Shown: positions 40,301 to 53,218 of the stretch, in pieces | How positions within the stretch are numbered: position 1 is the first letter of the stretch | Layout: each line of letters begins with the position of its first letter | Assembly: GCA_002633005.1 (NCBI GenBank) | Contig: NMRA01000192.1 | Location: forward strand, 233,503 to 297,502 | DNA: 64,000 nucleotides | Direction: 5' to 3' | Source of the DNA: Phoronis australis | Lineage: Eukaryota; Animalia; Phoronida | Program-made: the position numbers and the translations under genes | Notes under the pieces: generated by a model | Database searches by the model: none | The model's input: only the letters and a program-made list of their open reading frames with translations | What the model was told of the DNA's origin: nothing

Positions 40301-43300
40301 TGATTTCTGCAGCATTCTCAGCTCTCGATGACTCTGCTTTGGCAGGTGGCTAAAAATGGAAAATTGGAGAATTTGCAAGGATTCGAACTCACAGGTTTTT
40401 AATCACAGTGCGCGTGCTTTTCCATTGTGCCACCATACTTCCGTCTACTAACCGTGCTAAGAGACGGACATACTGTACATGGTCCGCGCATTGTTCGTGC
40501 GCGAACCTGCTTCTTTCCGTAATGTATATTCCATGTTATATGTTTTGTGCAACCAGTTTGTAACAAAAGTTGTTGTGTTTAAAACAGTCTTCAGTTGCCC
40601 AAAAGATCAATTCCATTTTTCGTGTTGTCTTTGACGTTTAACCACGCCCTTACTTTTTACGACAGAATTTTGAGTTCCTTTGTGATTCACTAACTAACGG
40701 CTTCGATTAATATTTACATCCTATCTGCAGCTTTTGTTTCCTTGTTGTCACTCAGCTTTTGTCAGTTTTCTTCGTTGCATAGTGGAGCAGACAATGGAAA
40801 CGGAATTGTGTGCAGTGCCGGGTCTGCCGGTCGCCTAGATTAGCAATCGCATATTGACCGGGAGCGGCATTAATTAGCCATAATGAACGATTGCACCGGT
40901 TGTCTGAATCGGACCCTTAAAATCGGGCTGAACCTTCCCCCACCCAAACAAGCACACACACAAACTAAAATTCCTCTAATCGTGTTTCGGCCGCATAATA
41001 TTAATTGCCGGAGTTAATTAATAAACTCAATATTTCCTCAGGCTTTTGCCGCTTTAATTTTTTGCTGCCGCCGAGAGGGGGGGGGGGGGGGGCCCCCTTA
41101 ATCCTCTATATGTAGTAAGATCAGTTAATCAAATAATGTGCTTCTTTTCAACCATACTCTACACCATTCACGGGCGACAACGCCTGTCGATAATATTTCA
41201 AACAAAATGTCAAACACTGTCAGACGGATTGATTTCTATTTACATGTATCACTCGATTATTGTTTTTCAGTGCCTTGGGAAAAGTGGTGAGGTGCAGGGT
41301 CGCGTTCTGAACGCCGTAAAGGTCAAGTTTGATAACGGTGAAAGGTATGAAACATGCGCGCACCCAGTCTAAACTGAAGAGCTAGAATAATCAGCATATC
41401 CGTATTCACGAATATTTTCAAAAATGCGCATTCTAACTCAGGACTAGAAGTGGGGGACTGACCACCGTACTCGCGGACAGGTTTTGTATTGATTTAACGG
41501 GGAAATGCAACAAGTGCACCATGTCAGTCCATTGACAGATCACTTTCTGCTCATGGTCCTGTTTTCAATTCAGTCTATACTCATTTGAGTTCTCTAAGAT
41601 CTTGATTCATAAATGACAACTTTGCTGACAGCGCCATTCTCGAGCCCTTTCTTAATTGGGAACGCTATGTAAGTGGTGGTAGTTACTTAAAAAAATTGAC
41701 CGGTCCTCTGAAATTTAATGCCGATGGAAGTTAATAAAAGGGACTGCTGAGTAAAGCTTGCTAGAGGCGAGGCCAGGTTACATGTTTAAGTATTATCATC
41801 TCAAGTACAATGGAAATCCAATCGGGTTTGCTGTGACATTTCTGCAAAATAGAAGACGCATAGTCGTAACCCCGAATCACGTCATCGCATGAGAAAAATG
41901 GACCAAGTGACGAGCAGTAAACATATCGTTTTTAAGTTTGAAACTAAAGTTAAAATGGTTTGACATCAACAGAGATATATTTGTACGTGCTATTTGTAAA
42001 AATACCTGGTGAACAGTTTGACTTCTGTTTCAGTGGCATAGAACCACTTTGGGTAACCCAATTTGGTGTGTTTCACACTTTTATGCCACTTTAAATGGTA
42101 TGGTTAGACTTTGATGTTTTGAACTACACCATCAGCCTAAAAACTGTTTTTTTCCAGCTGGTCCTTTAACCCGGCACTCGTCAAGAAGCTTGATGAACAG
42201 GGACACAGCCCTCGTGAAACTGACACGAAAGACTATAGCACCACATTGGAGAGTAAATTTCAGCGTTTTGACATCGTAAGCATTACAGAGGACAAAGAAC
42301 GCGCCAAGTTGCTACAGTTAGGACACGGAGGATGGAACGACAAAATGGTTTTGGTAGGTCCGCTTTTTCATATTTCTGACAGAAAGTTACAATTTTGGCA
42401 GTCATGGACACCGCTGCGTCACCCTGATCATCCAGTGTTACTGGTAGCCCAGCTCCTACNCCCTAGTAGATTTTAGAGGGGCGCAGAGCCGAATAGGGGT
42501 AGGCCGGGAGGGTTGGGTTTTCGTCCCTTCTGTTCAGAGGAAAATTTTGTTTTTGACTGTGAAATTAAGCATTTTCCTCAACATTGATTTCTGCAACATA
42601 CTCAGCCCTCGACGTCTCTGCTTTGGCAGGTGACTAAAAATGGAAAATTGGAGAATTTGCCAGGATTCACACTCACAGGTTTTTAATCACAGTGAGCGTG
42701 CTTTTCCATTGTGCCATCATACTTCCGTCTACTAACCGTGCTAAGAGACGGACATACTGTACATGGTCCGCATTGTTCGTGCGCGAACCTGCTTGTTTCT
42801 GTAATGTATATTTCATGCTATATGTTTTGTGCAACCAGTTTGTAACAAAAGTTGTTGTGTTTAAAACAGTCTTCAGTTGCCCAAAAGACCAATTCCATTT
42901 TTCGTGTTGTCATTAACGTTTAACCACGCCCTTACTTTTTACGACAGAATTATGAATTCCTTTGTGATTCACTAACTAACGGCTTCGATTAATATTTACA
43001 TCCTATCAGCAGCTTCTGTTTCCTTGTTGTCACTCAGCTTTCGTCAGTATTCTTCGTTGCTTAGTGGAGCAGACAATGGAAACAGAATTGTGTGCAGTGC
43101 CGGTCTGCCGGCCGCCTAGATTATCACTCGCATATTGACCGGGAGCGGCATTAGTTAGCCATGGTGAAGGATTGCACCGGTTGTCTGAATCGGACCCTTG
43201 AAATCGGGTCTGAACCTTCCCCCACCCAAACAAGCACACACACAAATTTAAATTCCATAATTCTCTAATCGTGTTTCGGCCGCATAATATTAATTGCCTG

Positions 43301-46300
43301 AGTTAATTAATAAACTCAATATTTCCTCAGGCTTTTGCCGCTTTAATTTTTTGCTGCCGCCGAGAGCAGGGGGCTGCCCCCTTAATCCCCTTCTGTAGTA
43401 AGATCAGTTAATCAAATAATGTGCTTATTTTAAACCACACTCTACACCATTCACGGGCGACAACGCCTGTCGATAATATTTCAAACAAAATGTCAAACAC
43501 TGTCAGACGGATTGATTTCTATTTATCACTCGATTATTGTTTTCAGTGCCTTGGGAAAAGTGGTGAGGTGCAAGGTCGCGTTCTGAACGCCGTAAAGGTC
43601 AAGTTTGATAACGGTGAAAGGTATGAAACATGCACGCACCCAGCCTAAAATGAAGAGCTAGAATAATCAGCATATCCGTATTCAAGATTATTTTCAAAAA
43701 TGCGCATTCTAACTCAGGACTAGAAGTGGGGGACTGACCACCGTACTCGCGGACAGGTTTTGTATTGATTTAACGGGGAAATGCAACAAGCGCACCATGT
43801 CAGTCCATTGACAGATCACTTTCTGCTCATGGTCCTGTTTTCAATTCAGTCTATACTCATTTGAGTTCTCGAAGATCTTGATTCGTAAATGACAACTTTG
43901 CTGACAGCGCCATTCTCGAGCCCTTTCTTAATTGGGAACGCTATGTAAGTGGTGGTAGTTACTTAAAAAAATTGACCTGTCCTCTGAAATTTAATGCCGA
44001 TGGAAGTTAATAAAAGGGATTGCTGAGTAAAGCTTGCTAGAGGCGAGGCCAGGTTACATGTTTAAGGATTATCATCTCAAGTACAATGGAAATCCAATCG
44101 GGTTTGCTGTGACATTTCTGCAAAATTGAAGACGCATAGTCCTAACCCCGAATCACGTCATCGCAGGAGAAAAATGGACCAAGTGACGAGCAGTAAACAT
44201 ATCGTTTTTAAGTTTGAAACTAAAGTTAAAATGGTTTGACATCAACAGAGATATATTTTTACGTGCTATTTGTAAAAATACCTGGTGAACAGTTTGACTT
44301 CTGTTTCAGTGGCATAGAACCACTTTGGGTAACCCAATTTGGTGTGTTTTACACTTTTATGCCACTTTAAATGGTATGGTTAGACTTTGATGTTTTGAAC
44401 TACACCATCAGCCTAAAAACTGTTTTTTTCCAGCTGGTCCTTTAACCCGGCACTCGTCAAGAAGCTTGATGAACAGGGACACAGCCCTCGTGAAACTGAC
44501 ACGAAAGACTATAGCACCACATTGGAGAGTAAATTTCAGCGTTTTGACATTGTAAGCATTACAGAGGACAAAGAACGCGCCAAGTTGCTACAGTTAGGAC
44601 ACGGAGGATGGAACGACAAAATGGTTTTGGTAGGTCCGCTTTTTCATATTTCTGACAGAAAGTTACAATTTTGGCAGTCATGGACACCGCTGCGTCACCC
44701 TGATCATCCAGTGTTACTGGTAGCCCAGCTCCTACGTATTTTATTCCCGTAACTAAGATATCGTAGGAGCTCAACCAGTGTCAGGAGTGGTGACGTCAGT
44801 TTTTCGTGAACGTCCATAGTCTGAAGGTACATTGGTCTAAAGGCCCATATTCCAAAGGTCCACCTGCCCAAAGGTCTGAACTAACTGGTATTCATAGGGC
44901 TAAAGGTTCACACGTCCGACGGTGCACAAATCTGAATTCTCCAGTCCTCATCATAAGTCCGAATATCCATATAGTTTGTTATTGCTTAAACTTATAATGG
45001 TAAGGGGATGTTAGACAAGGAGCAGTTGCTAGTGGTTTTAAAAACCGGGAATCTCCCTCTACCTGGATGAAAAGGCGCTAATGTCGGTTTTGCTGATGGC
45101 TCCGTATTTTCAATAATCTCCGTTGCTCCGGAATTTAATACAAACAGAACACAGCTGTTTCGAGTCCCACGTCGACAGAGCCGAAAGGTTTTGTGTTAAT
45201 AGACAGAGAGAATTTTGAAAAATGTACAGTTGTCTTTATAAGAAGCCTTATTGTAGACGTCTATGACCATTTTATCAATCCATGCTGACCTTGGAGTTTT
45301 GACACTTTAGCCGAGTATGCTTAGCGACGGATGGATCCCCCAAATGTTCCGAAGAATTTTCAGTATTGTTTTTTAAGCTTGAATAGTGCCAACGATTGAC
45401 GTTTTTTAATGCATCTAAAAGCTAATTTGAAAAAGATGACTGACTCTGCCATCATGTACACTATTAGTTTGAATTTTGTGCTCACTCTTAAACACAATTG
45501 TCCTTAGTGATGCTCTATGACGTGCTTCGTAGCTCATTATGCAGAGTTATCTCAGTGCTTGACTTTTTCATCAGATTTTAGTTAATCAAATACTCAGATT
45601 CTGTCTTGCAAAGCAATTACGCAGATGAGCTCTGTTCAATCGACATCCTGTATTACAGAGCCTTGGTTTGAAAGGCATAGTTTCCCGGGTGGACAAGGAC
45701 GGAGATGTCTTTGCGGAGTGTATCAACGGAGATAAGTACGTTAAAGTTATACTTGCTTTTTAACCATTGTAGTTTGGCTGCCGTCCCTTTTGTACAAAAA
45801 CCAGGAAAAGGGGAACTTGTGGACCGCAACGACATACTAGTGTAAATGTTAAAACTAAAACACTTTCGCCCATCCGCTGTCTACTTCTTTTACTGGTCCG
45901 TTGAGACGAGGGCAAAATACCCAGTCGCGTGGGTGGCTCGTTCCTCTCTTATCAGAATGCCTTTGTGGGGCGTTATTTCTACCAGGTTTAGCCAACACTT
46001 CCTTCTTGTGATTGGGCTTCTATGAAAGTTCACTATCAGTCACGAATACAAGATTGTGGAACAACAGATTAAAAGGTGCTTCTTCGATTTGCTGTATACT
46101 TTATACAGAGTGGTCTTCATTTGTCCATTCAGGTGGTACTTTAACCCAGCACTTTTGAGTAAAGTGGTCCCGACGGGAAACGAAGAGTTGGAACCGGGAG
46201 ACTGCGTCCTTGTCGAGCACGACATAGAGAAACTGAAGGCAATTCACAAAGACCAAGGTGGCATTCCGCGAGAGATTGTTTCAGTAAGTAGTACTGCAGT

Positions 46301-48647
46301 CCCTGTAAGTACTGAGAGTTCGCACACGTGAGCTCAGGTCACAGTGTGCAAATAATAGTGTAGTTCCGCCGCGCAGTCTGTTACGTGCAAGCCGAAAATG
46401 CAGTCAAGTCAAAGGGTTTATTGACATCCTTCTTTGGAAAGTAACTTGAATCGACTCGCGTGAAAGGTGTCGCTACTCTCGCATTTAAAATGGCTGCAGT
46501 TTGTTTGTTATTTTTTCTGTACCCTATCAAGTATTCTAATTACCTTGAAGTCAGTATAACACAAAGGCAAGTTTGCAGTATGAATATGTACATGTATGAG
46601 CCTATTTGTATCAGTGCTGCATATTAAATAGGCTACTAGCATAGAATACGTGGATACTGAACTCAGTGATAAACATGTTGGAAGGAAGATAGTCGATAAC
46701 GACAAGGAGAAAAATATGGGTCGTTTATTGGAAGGCCTTGTGTAACGATAAGGAGAAGATAATGGGTGTTTTGGTTGAAACATGAAATTGTCTTTGGGTT
46801 TATCATTTTGGTGTCCACAATTAGCAGCAGTGAAACACAAAATTGAAAACTACAGAGACCGTTTTTGCGCATCCTTCAATTGCGTATGAACATCTTTAGG
46901 ATTTTATTTCCTGAAAAAGGAATTAAGACTAATGTCGCTCAACATAGCTCTTTCTGAAAAAACATTTGATATCTCACTTGAGCAAATATGACAATTGTGC
47001 GTTACACAGACAAGTGTTATATACTAAAATAATGTTTAATAAATCATTCAAAGGCTAATAGTTTGATTAAACCTTTAACCATCAATTGAGCAGTAGGGTC
47101 ATAAATCGGATTTCTGTCTGAAACCTTAGACCCCTTATCACGCAACAGACCAAGGGATTTTAAATTAATTGTACACCTAACAACATTAATGCATACTTTT
47201 TAGAAATCTGCTGTTCCATTGAAGAAGCTGAGTGAGCTGTATTAATGTTTTGGTGACCGCTGGAAACAACAAACCTCTGTCCTGGATGTTCTTTTTAGAA
47301 CATTTTAGTATTTACAGTGAATATGGCATTGCAGCCGAAAACAGTGTTACTTGACATCCTAGTAACTGCGACGAAAGGTCTACGATAAAAACTAAAATTT
47401 TCAATGATCAAAAGGATACTGAGCCCTGTTTTGATTATTTCAACTATTCCTCATTCTGTTACTAGCTAATGCATCATTGCCGTCCCACCTGTGTGATAAA
47501 AGCAGAATTAAACTCCTGATGTCATAGCTTGGAAACTACGAGGGCTAGTCATTTCCCTCAGTTACCATCTAACACACCTTAGGCGTAGATCACGCTTGCC
47601 CTTTTACATGTACCAGACTATGAAAACAGTTTCCAATTTTTGCTTCAAAATTTTGAGGGTTATCGAGAGTTTCCGAGTACTATTTTGTTTCAGAGAACCG
47701 TACGGGAAAGTAGTTTTTAACACGCAAAAACTGGGATTGATATCATTTGAATCATAAATTATTCACTGTTATTTGACTCTGTATTTGCCCTTTAATTCGA
47801 GCTAATTTCATCGGTTGTTAACTGGTATACTTGCGGTGATTCACCAGGTGGTTGGAAACGCAGTGGTGGTGAAGAAAGTTTTGAGCGATAGGCGTGTGGT
47901 AGTGGAAGGTGGAGACGACGGTTACGTCATCATCGACAGGAAAGCACTCAAACTTTTTGCGAAAGCAGGTAACACGCGTGTACAGTGTTTTTGAAAAGTT
48001 CAGTGTTAACTTCCTTCAAACTTCTTATGGCTTTGACGACGTTATGGGAAAACCCTGGATGAATTGCGAACCTCGTTTGAAAATTAACCGAAATTATTTC
48101 CTCCGAAATTTTGCCCGTTTTGGACAAGAGCAAATATCTGTTTAAGAAAATACTGTATTTTCTTATATAGATTACAGTACATTCTTTCGTGACACCTAGA
48201 TTGTATTACCACATAAATTGTATCAAACCTCGTGGCCATTCCCGGAGCATCCCATCAAGGGCGTTGTCATGTGAACGTGTGTGCTGTAAAACTATTTCAA
48301 AAATGGACTCCGGTCGTTCACAATTTTGTGACCATATAAGTAGCAACCATAGTAAGGAGATTTCTGTGGACCAGAATTTAGTCATTTATCTTATGAATGA
48401 AGAGGAAGGGTTATATACCTTTCGATTTTGTCAATATTTAAACCAGAAACTAATGTATCGACATCTACCTGTACCGGCACCAAGATACTATGCGTGTTTC
48501 AACTATGCGTGTTTCACTTTGAGGTGATCTTTTGTCGCTAGTGTGCTCTTCCAGAACAAATGTGCGACATTTTGTTTCAAAATTGTTCTTTAACTCCTTT
48601 CAGATGAGGTGATGTCCGCAGTTTTGAGAAAGAAGCTGCTTTCATAA
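31521..48647 (+). CDS. PDIK1L/STK35-like Ser/Thr kinase fused to an acidic linker and Mind-bomb SH3 (SH3_15/REP) repeats; ~674 aa (764 aa if the duplicated exon pair is real)
   Basis: In-frame GT-AG exons: 31521-31661, 35485-35817, 37337-37550, 38065-38256, 39314-39690, 39963-40067, 41271-41344, 42158-42353, [43547-43620, 44434-44629 duplicate], 45659-45735, 46133-46283, 47848-47968, 48604-48647. Kinase motifs GKGAFG, VAVK, HRDIKPAN, DFG, APE. STK35-like LWMVMEYCD, SFMRQVASAI, IPVGIAL. REP motifs GDRVRI...LQ.GHGGW...M...LG..G.V...GDV...W.FNPAL. Confidence 0.88.
34487..34746 (-). mobile_element. MITE family with catgcgcgcacc-like ends, 3 copies (also 51086-51315 and 57116-57378)
   Basis: Shared cccccatttggc(g)a...gggcaaaaa...cagag(a)aacaa...agacaaa...cactaa core; inverted termini catgcgcgcac...gtgcgcgcatg. 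Confidence 0.7.
38480..38870 (+). repeat. Dispersed repeat family, copy 2 (see 14425)
   Basis: Direct similarity to 14425-14830. Confidence 0.7.
40177..44735 (+). repeat. Tandem 2.28-kb duplication (40177-42459 / 42461-44735) joined by a single N
   Basis: ccctagtagattttagag...cagctcctac occurs twice; includes two coding exons. Confidence 0.95.
40366..40436 (-). mobile_element. tRNA-derived SINE head (degenerate; duplicated at ~42650-42718)
   Basis: Reverse complement ggtggcacaatgg (A box)...gagttcgaatcc (B box); anticodon stem not paired. Confidence 0.45.
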
Positions 48648-48734
48648 GGCGCCTGAGAAAATGGTTGAATCAAGAGCGAAGATTGTCTTTTTCAAAACTC
48701 TTCAGCGATTTTTAAACACGAAACAGCATTGGGT

Positions 48735-49116
48735 ATTTAGGTTTCCTCCCTGCTGGCGTTAATACGTGTGCCTGTATTTCAGTCACTGGGCTCCCTCGTG
48801 TCTAAAAGAAACAAAGTTCTTCTCATGGACACTTCTTACAAGAAGAACATGAATAAACATGCACTCTAAAGTATACACTGTAAAGCGTATAATAAATTCT
48901 TACTCCACTATACTTCTCCTGTGATAGAATGTGTGTGTGTGCGTGTGTGTGTGTGGGTGTTTAGGCTTCCTCACTGCTGGCGTTAATACGTGTACTGGGC
49001 TCCCTCGTGTCTAAAAGAAACAAAGTTCGTCTCATGGACACTTTATAGAAGATGGACATGAAAAAAGTTAACATGCACTTTAAAGTATACACTGTCAAGC
49101 GGATACGAAATATTAT

Positions 49117-49153
<37 letters not shown>
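48735..49153 (+). repeat. Local tandem duplication of ~200-bp units each ending in (TG)n, in the kinase-REP 3' region; AATAAA at 48852 and 48891
   Basis: ctgctggcgttaatacgtgt...ctgggctccctcgtgtctaaaagaaacaaagttc occurs twice. Confidence 0.8.
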
Positions 49154-50517
49154 NATATATATCCTATGTGAGCGGATGGGTGCGGTGTTTGAGGCAACAG
49201 CCAGAGGAGGTGGTTTGAACAGCGGACTATTTTACCTGCAACTCTCCTTGGAGCTTTCGGCCGCCAGCTTTTCTCAGTAATACTATGGAGGTTTCTGAAC
49301 TCAGCGGATTGCTCTGTATGTGATTATCAATAAAGCCTGACCCCCGCCAGCCAGCTCTTGTGAGCGACGTACGTTGTGTTAACAGAATTCTAAACTCTCA
49401 GTCGTCAGCGACGTTGCGTTATTGTCAGGACTCTGAATTTACTTTTAAGTAAGTTAAAATTCCTCACCCACCGGCTTGTAACGTTGTTTTCTTGTTGTTT
49501 CGATTATAATTTGTTGCTTTTGCTACTGACTTGTTTGAAAACTCGTTGTTTCTCCTACATGTATTAGTGTGACGCGTATTTTGGAAAGTGGGACATTTTA
49601 GGATGGCAACTCTGAAGTAGTCTTATACTGTATGAACGAATCTGTACCATATCAGCGCTTTTCAGTGTTAACTGTATAATTTCCGTTTTACTTTATTTAC
49701 TAATTCAGTAAGTAAACATGTATTATTCATGCGGTGGTTCCGTTCATTTGTTAAAATGGTATTTCGTGTATGATATTATATCACATAAATGTTTTCATTC
49801 GGAATTTGTATGACTTGTTATTCAAGAAAAATTTGCTGTGTATAGCTTATAATAGAGCATTAAATATACTATCTAGTGTATTGCAGAACTCTCGTGTTAA
49901 AGCAGCCATAAAACTGTGTTCCGTCATCGGATGCGAACACTTGATTTACCGTTACAAAATTGGTATCACGAAGTTGTCCCTTTCGTCTGTGAATTGGTCG
50001 TTACTAATAGTAATAGGCCAGGAACAGAGACACACCCTTCTCCTATGCTACAGAGGGCAGCACTGTGGTGACAAAGATACCTTTTAAACGAAGTAGCAAT
50101 GGGACATCCTGATTGGTTGGAAAATGGTATTTACGATATTTTTCTGTTCTGATGTTGAGACATACATAAGTATATACTGCGTGATTATTGAAAATTTCTT
50201 TTTTCCGTTGTGACTGTTAGAATAATGTCAGTTGTACATGTATATATATATCGATGATTTCCTCTCAAGCTCGTGTTTTATAGTTGTACTACACACTCTA
50301 AATAACGGCACCAAAACAAAGTAACGAAGCGATTCCCTATTCTTTTCCAGCTAATTCCCATGCCACGTGTTTGCGACTAACCTCCAAACCGAAACAGTAG
50401 ATTTCTGTGAAGATGCAAATTATTATTTCTCATGGCATGAGATACATGTGCAAACCGTCTAAATGTGTATTGTTAGCCGCCGAAGCTGTGTCATGCCTTG
50501 TAAATTTGCCATTCCAA

Positions 50518-50946
50518 ACTGTAGAAAGCCAAAATGGAAAAAAATTCTAGGACACAATTTTTATATTCAACAATTCAATTCTCTGCATGACCAAAAAGTA
50601 CACCCAAAACAAAAAATTATCGCGCCAGGAACCAAAATTGAACACATACCTGTAGGGACAAAAACTTTATTACGTCAGGACAAAAATTTTTTCGTCAAAA
50701 AATTTCACACGTCCTGGCACGAAATTTTGTCCTGGTAAGAAATTCAATGTCCTGACGTAATACGTTTTTTGTCTTGGCGCTATAAATTTGGTGTCGTGGG
50801 GTGTTAAATTTTGGTCCTGAGCGATAAACTAGAGGTTCTGGCAAGATAAATTGTGTTTTTGAGTGTATCTTTTGGTCCTTCAAAGACTTTAATTCCTGAA
50901 TAGAAAATACCTGTCTTGGAATTTTCTCAATTGGATTTCCGTACTG
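50518..50946. mobile_element. Palindromic MITE-like element
   Basis: ttattacgtcaggaca / tgtcctgacgtaata and aaaattctaggaca / tgtcttggaatttt inverted pairs. Confidence 0.6.
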
Positions 50947-52232
50947 AACAGTCACAATCCGGTTTAATTTTGAGAAATTCGATGCCCGGCTTCCACCCAT
51001 GCACCCCACGACTCATATAGTAATGAATATAAGACTATTAATGTAGGAAAGACTTGACTTCAACTCACAGTTCTCCACACGTCCACATGCGCGCACCCAA
51101 GAGGGGGTTGGGGGCTCGAAGGCGCCCCCCATTTGGCGATGTGGGCAAAAAAATCCGAATCAGAGAAACAAAAAGTCTGAAAAAACAAGACAAAAGTCCA
51201 CTAATAAGGCAGGAACTACCAAATTCGGCTAACACACAATTCACAGTTCTGAGCGTACCACGTTTTTTTAGTAAAAGATCTACATTCCCAAGAATTCGAG
51301 CTTGGTGCACGCATGGTCCATTAGGACTCATTAGCTAGAAACATAACCGGACGGTACCGAGAAAATCTGTTGACGACCTTGACAGCCACAGTTCGTTGCA
51401 AGAAATCAACTAGTCAATTAAATATATGTATGGGGTGTAATCTATTTCTTGTTTCATGCAGTACACGCATTTTCACAACCTCACGTAAATGCAAAGATTT
51501 GTGCAGTGCGAACGGCGATCATCTCAATATATTGAACAAAGACCATATATGGCCAAGTCAGGCTAAAGACGGGCTTAGGGCCTAACTGATTTAAAATAAT
51601 CACAAGTTATCGGCTGTCATTGGCGGGCACAGCATTTAGTAAACATTAGTACTCTGCGCAGTATTGAGGGAGGGCTGAGCTACTAATTGACACTGATTGA
51701 GAAAAAATCTTCGCTGGTAATTGCCAGGACCTGCTTACAAGAAGCAATACCGCTTGGTACTCATCCTTTTAATTGTTCACAGTTGCATGGCCTCTGACGC
51801 TTCCGGAAAGACACTGACATTGTATTGTATTGTATCCGTGCGACACTGTATTGTATTGTATTGGGGCAAACAGTTGAAAAGAGATAAAAATGATCTGTGT
51901 AACTGACTTCATAAATGGGGAATTTATGAAACGATTGAAGAGTATATTTCTTTTAGTAGACTGTATTTGATGGACCTGTTCCGATATCTATCACAACTTA
52001 GTTTTGAACACATCAGATATTAATTTAAGTTAATTTAATTTTGATAGCACCAAGGGAATTCATTTTATAACCATGTTTCCATCAATGGAATTGAATGAAT
52101 TGTACAATTTGAAAGGTTTCATTATTGCATATAACTATTGCTGTTAAAACTGTCCAATAATGCACTATACATCAAAAAGCATATTTTGTGACTTTGCTGA
52201 GATTAGGAAAATTGGAAATGGGTATAATGTTA

Positions 52233-52370
52233 TGTTATTGCGGAGAGTTACCACTGTGTAATATCATGTTATTGCGGAGAGTTACCACTGTGTAACATCA
52301 TGTTATTGCGGAGAGTTACCACTGTGTAACATCATGTTATTGCGGAGAGTTACCACTGTGTAACATCATG
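52233..52370. repeat. Minisatellite, 4 x 34-bp unit tgttattgcggagagttaccactgtgtaacatca
   Basis: Near-perfect head-to-tail copies, no spacers. Confidence 0.95.
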
Positions 52371-52872
52371 CAAAGGTCGTGTACACTGTGAAGTGTATAC
52401 ACTCCGTATGCTTATAATTTCTGACTTAAGCTTTTTTGCTTCCCCATGATAATTTCATGGAATAAACTGTGGGCACAAAGCGGAATTTTTATTTAATAGA
52501 AATTACACTAACCATTTAGACGTTCCATTATTGTGCGAAACAGCGTAGGACACGCGCACTACGCCTAGGCTGTGGCAGTCCAACGCCCGTGTAAGATTAG
52601 TGCAGTGCTATATTATTCCTCAATCCGATTATTTTACACAATTCAACCATAAAATGTCAACCATAATTTTATTGGTATCATAAATACATAAATAACATTA
52701 ATCCGATCCACGGACCACGTTGTATTATACCTGACATCAACGCATTTATGTCAGATATACATGTACCTTAGCAAATGAAAATCGATCATTGACACATTCA
52801 TTGCTTTGTTTGATTAGCCTGCAATGTACCCTTTCGATGTTAATGCCCAACGCAGTGAACGTTACTCACAAA

Positions 52873-53218
52873 AATTTCGTGCCAAATTGATTTTTGTTAA
52901 CGGCATAAAATAACGATAAACGGCGTGAATTAATTGTTAACAACGTAAATTAATTGTTAGTGTTCCATAAATTAACCTTTAACCGCTTAAATCAAATACT
53001 TGCGAAGTAAAATATCTTTTAATTGCGTAATATTAGGCATTTTCATCACAAGTATATTGTTGGCCGAATAAGTGAAAGTTACGCAAATAAGTTAACTTCA
53101 ATTTATGCCATTAACAGTTAATTTGCGCCTAAAATAATTAACATCCGCAGCAAATAATTAAGTTATGCTGTTAACAGTTATTTTACGCCGTTTATGAGAA
53201 TTACTTTACGCACAATTT
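52873..53218. mobile_element. Palindromic AT-rich MITE-like element
   Basis: aacggcataaaataac at left vs gttattttacgccgtt at right; periodic ttaac/aatt units. Confidence 0.55.

Noticed and set aside
40366-40436. Functional tRNA-His (GTG) gene
   Set aside because: A and B boxes are present but the anticodon and acceptor stems do not pair; treated as a SINE head.
44815-44970. ~15-bp periodic (tccgaagg-like) tract; a similar ggaaca-periodic tract at 20440-20575
   Set aside because: Most likely decayed arms of common MITE-type repeats; no further structure supportable.
52233-52370. 34-bp repeats of CRISPR-like length
   Set aside because: Head-to-tail with no spacers, no cas genes, eukaryotic context: a minisatellite.
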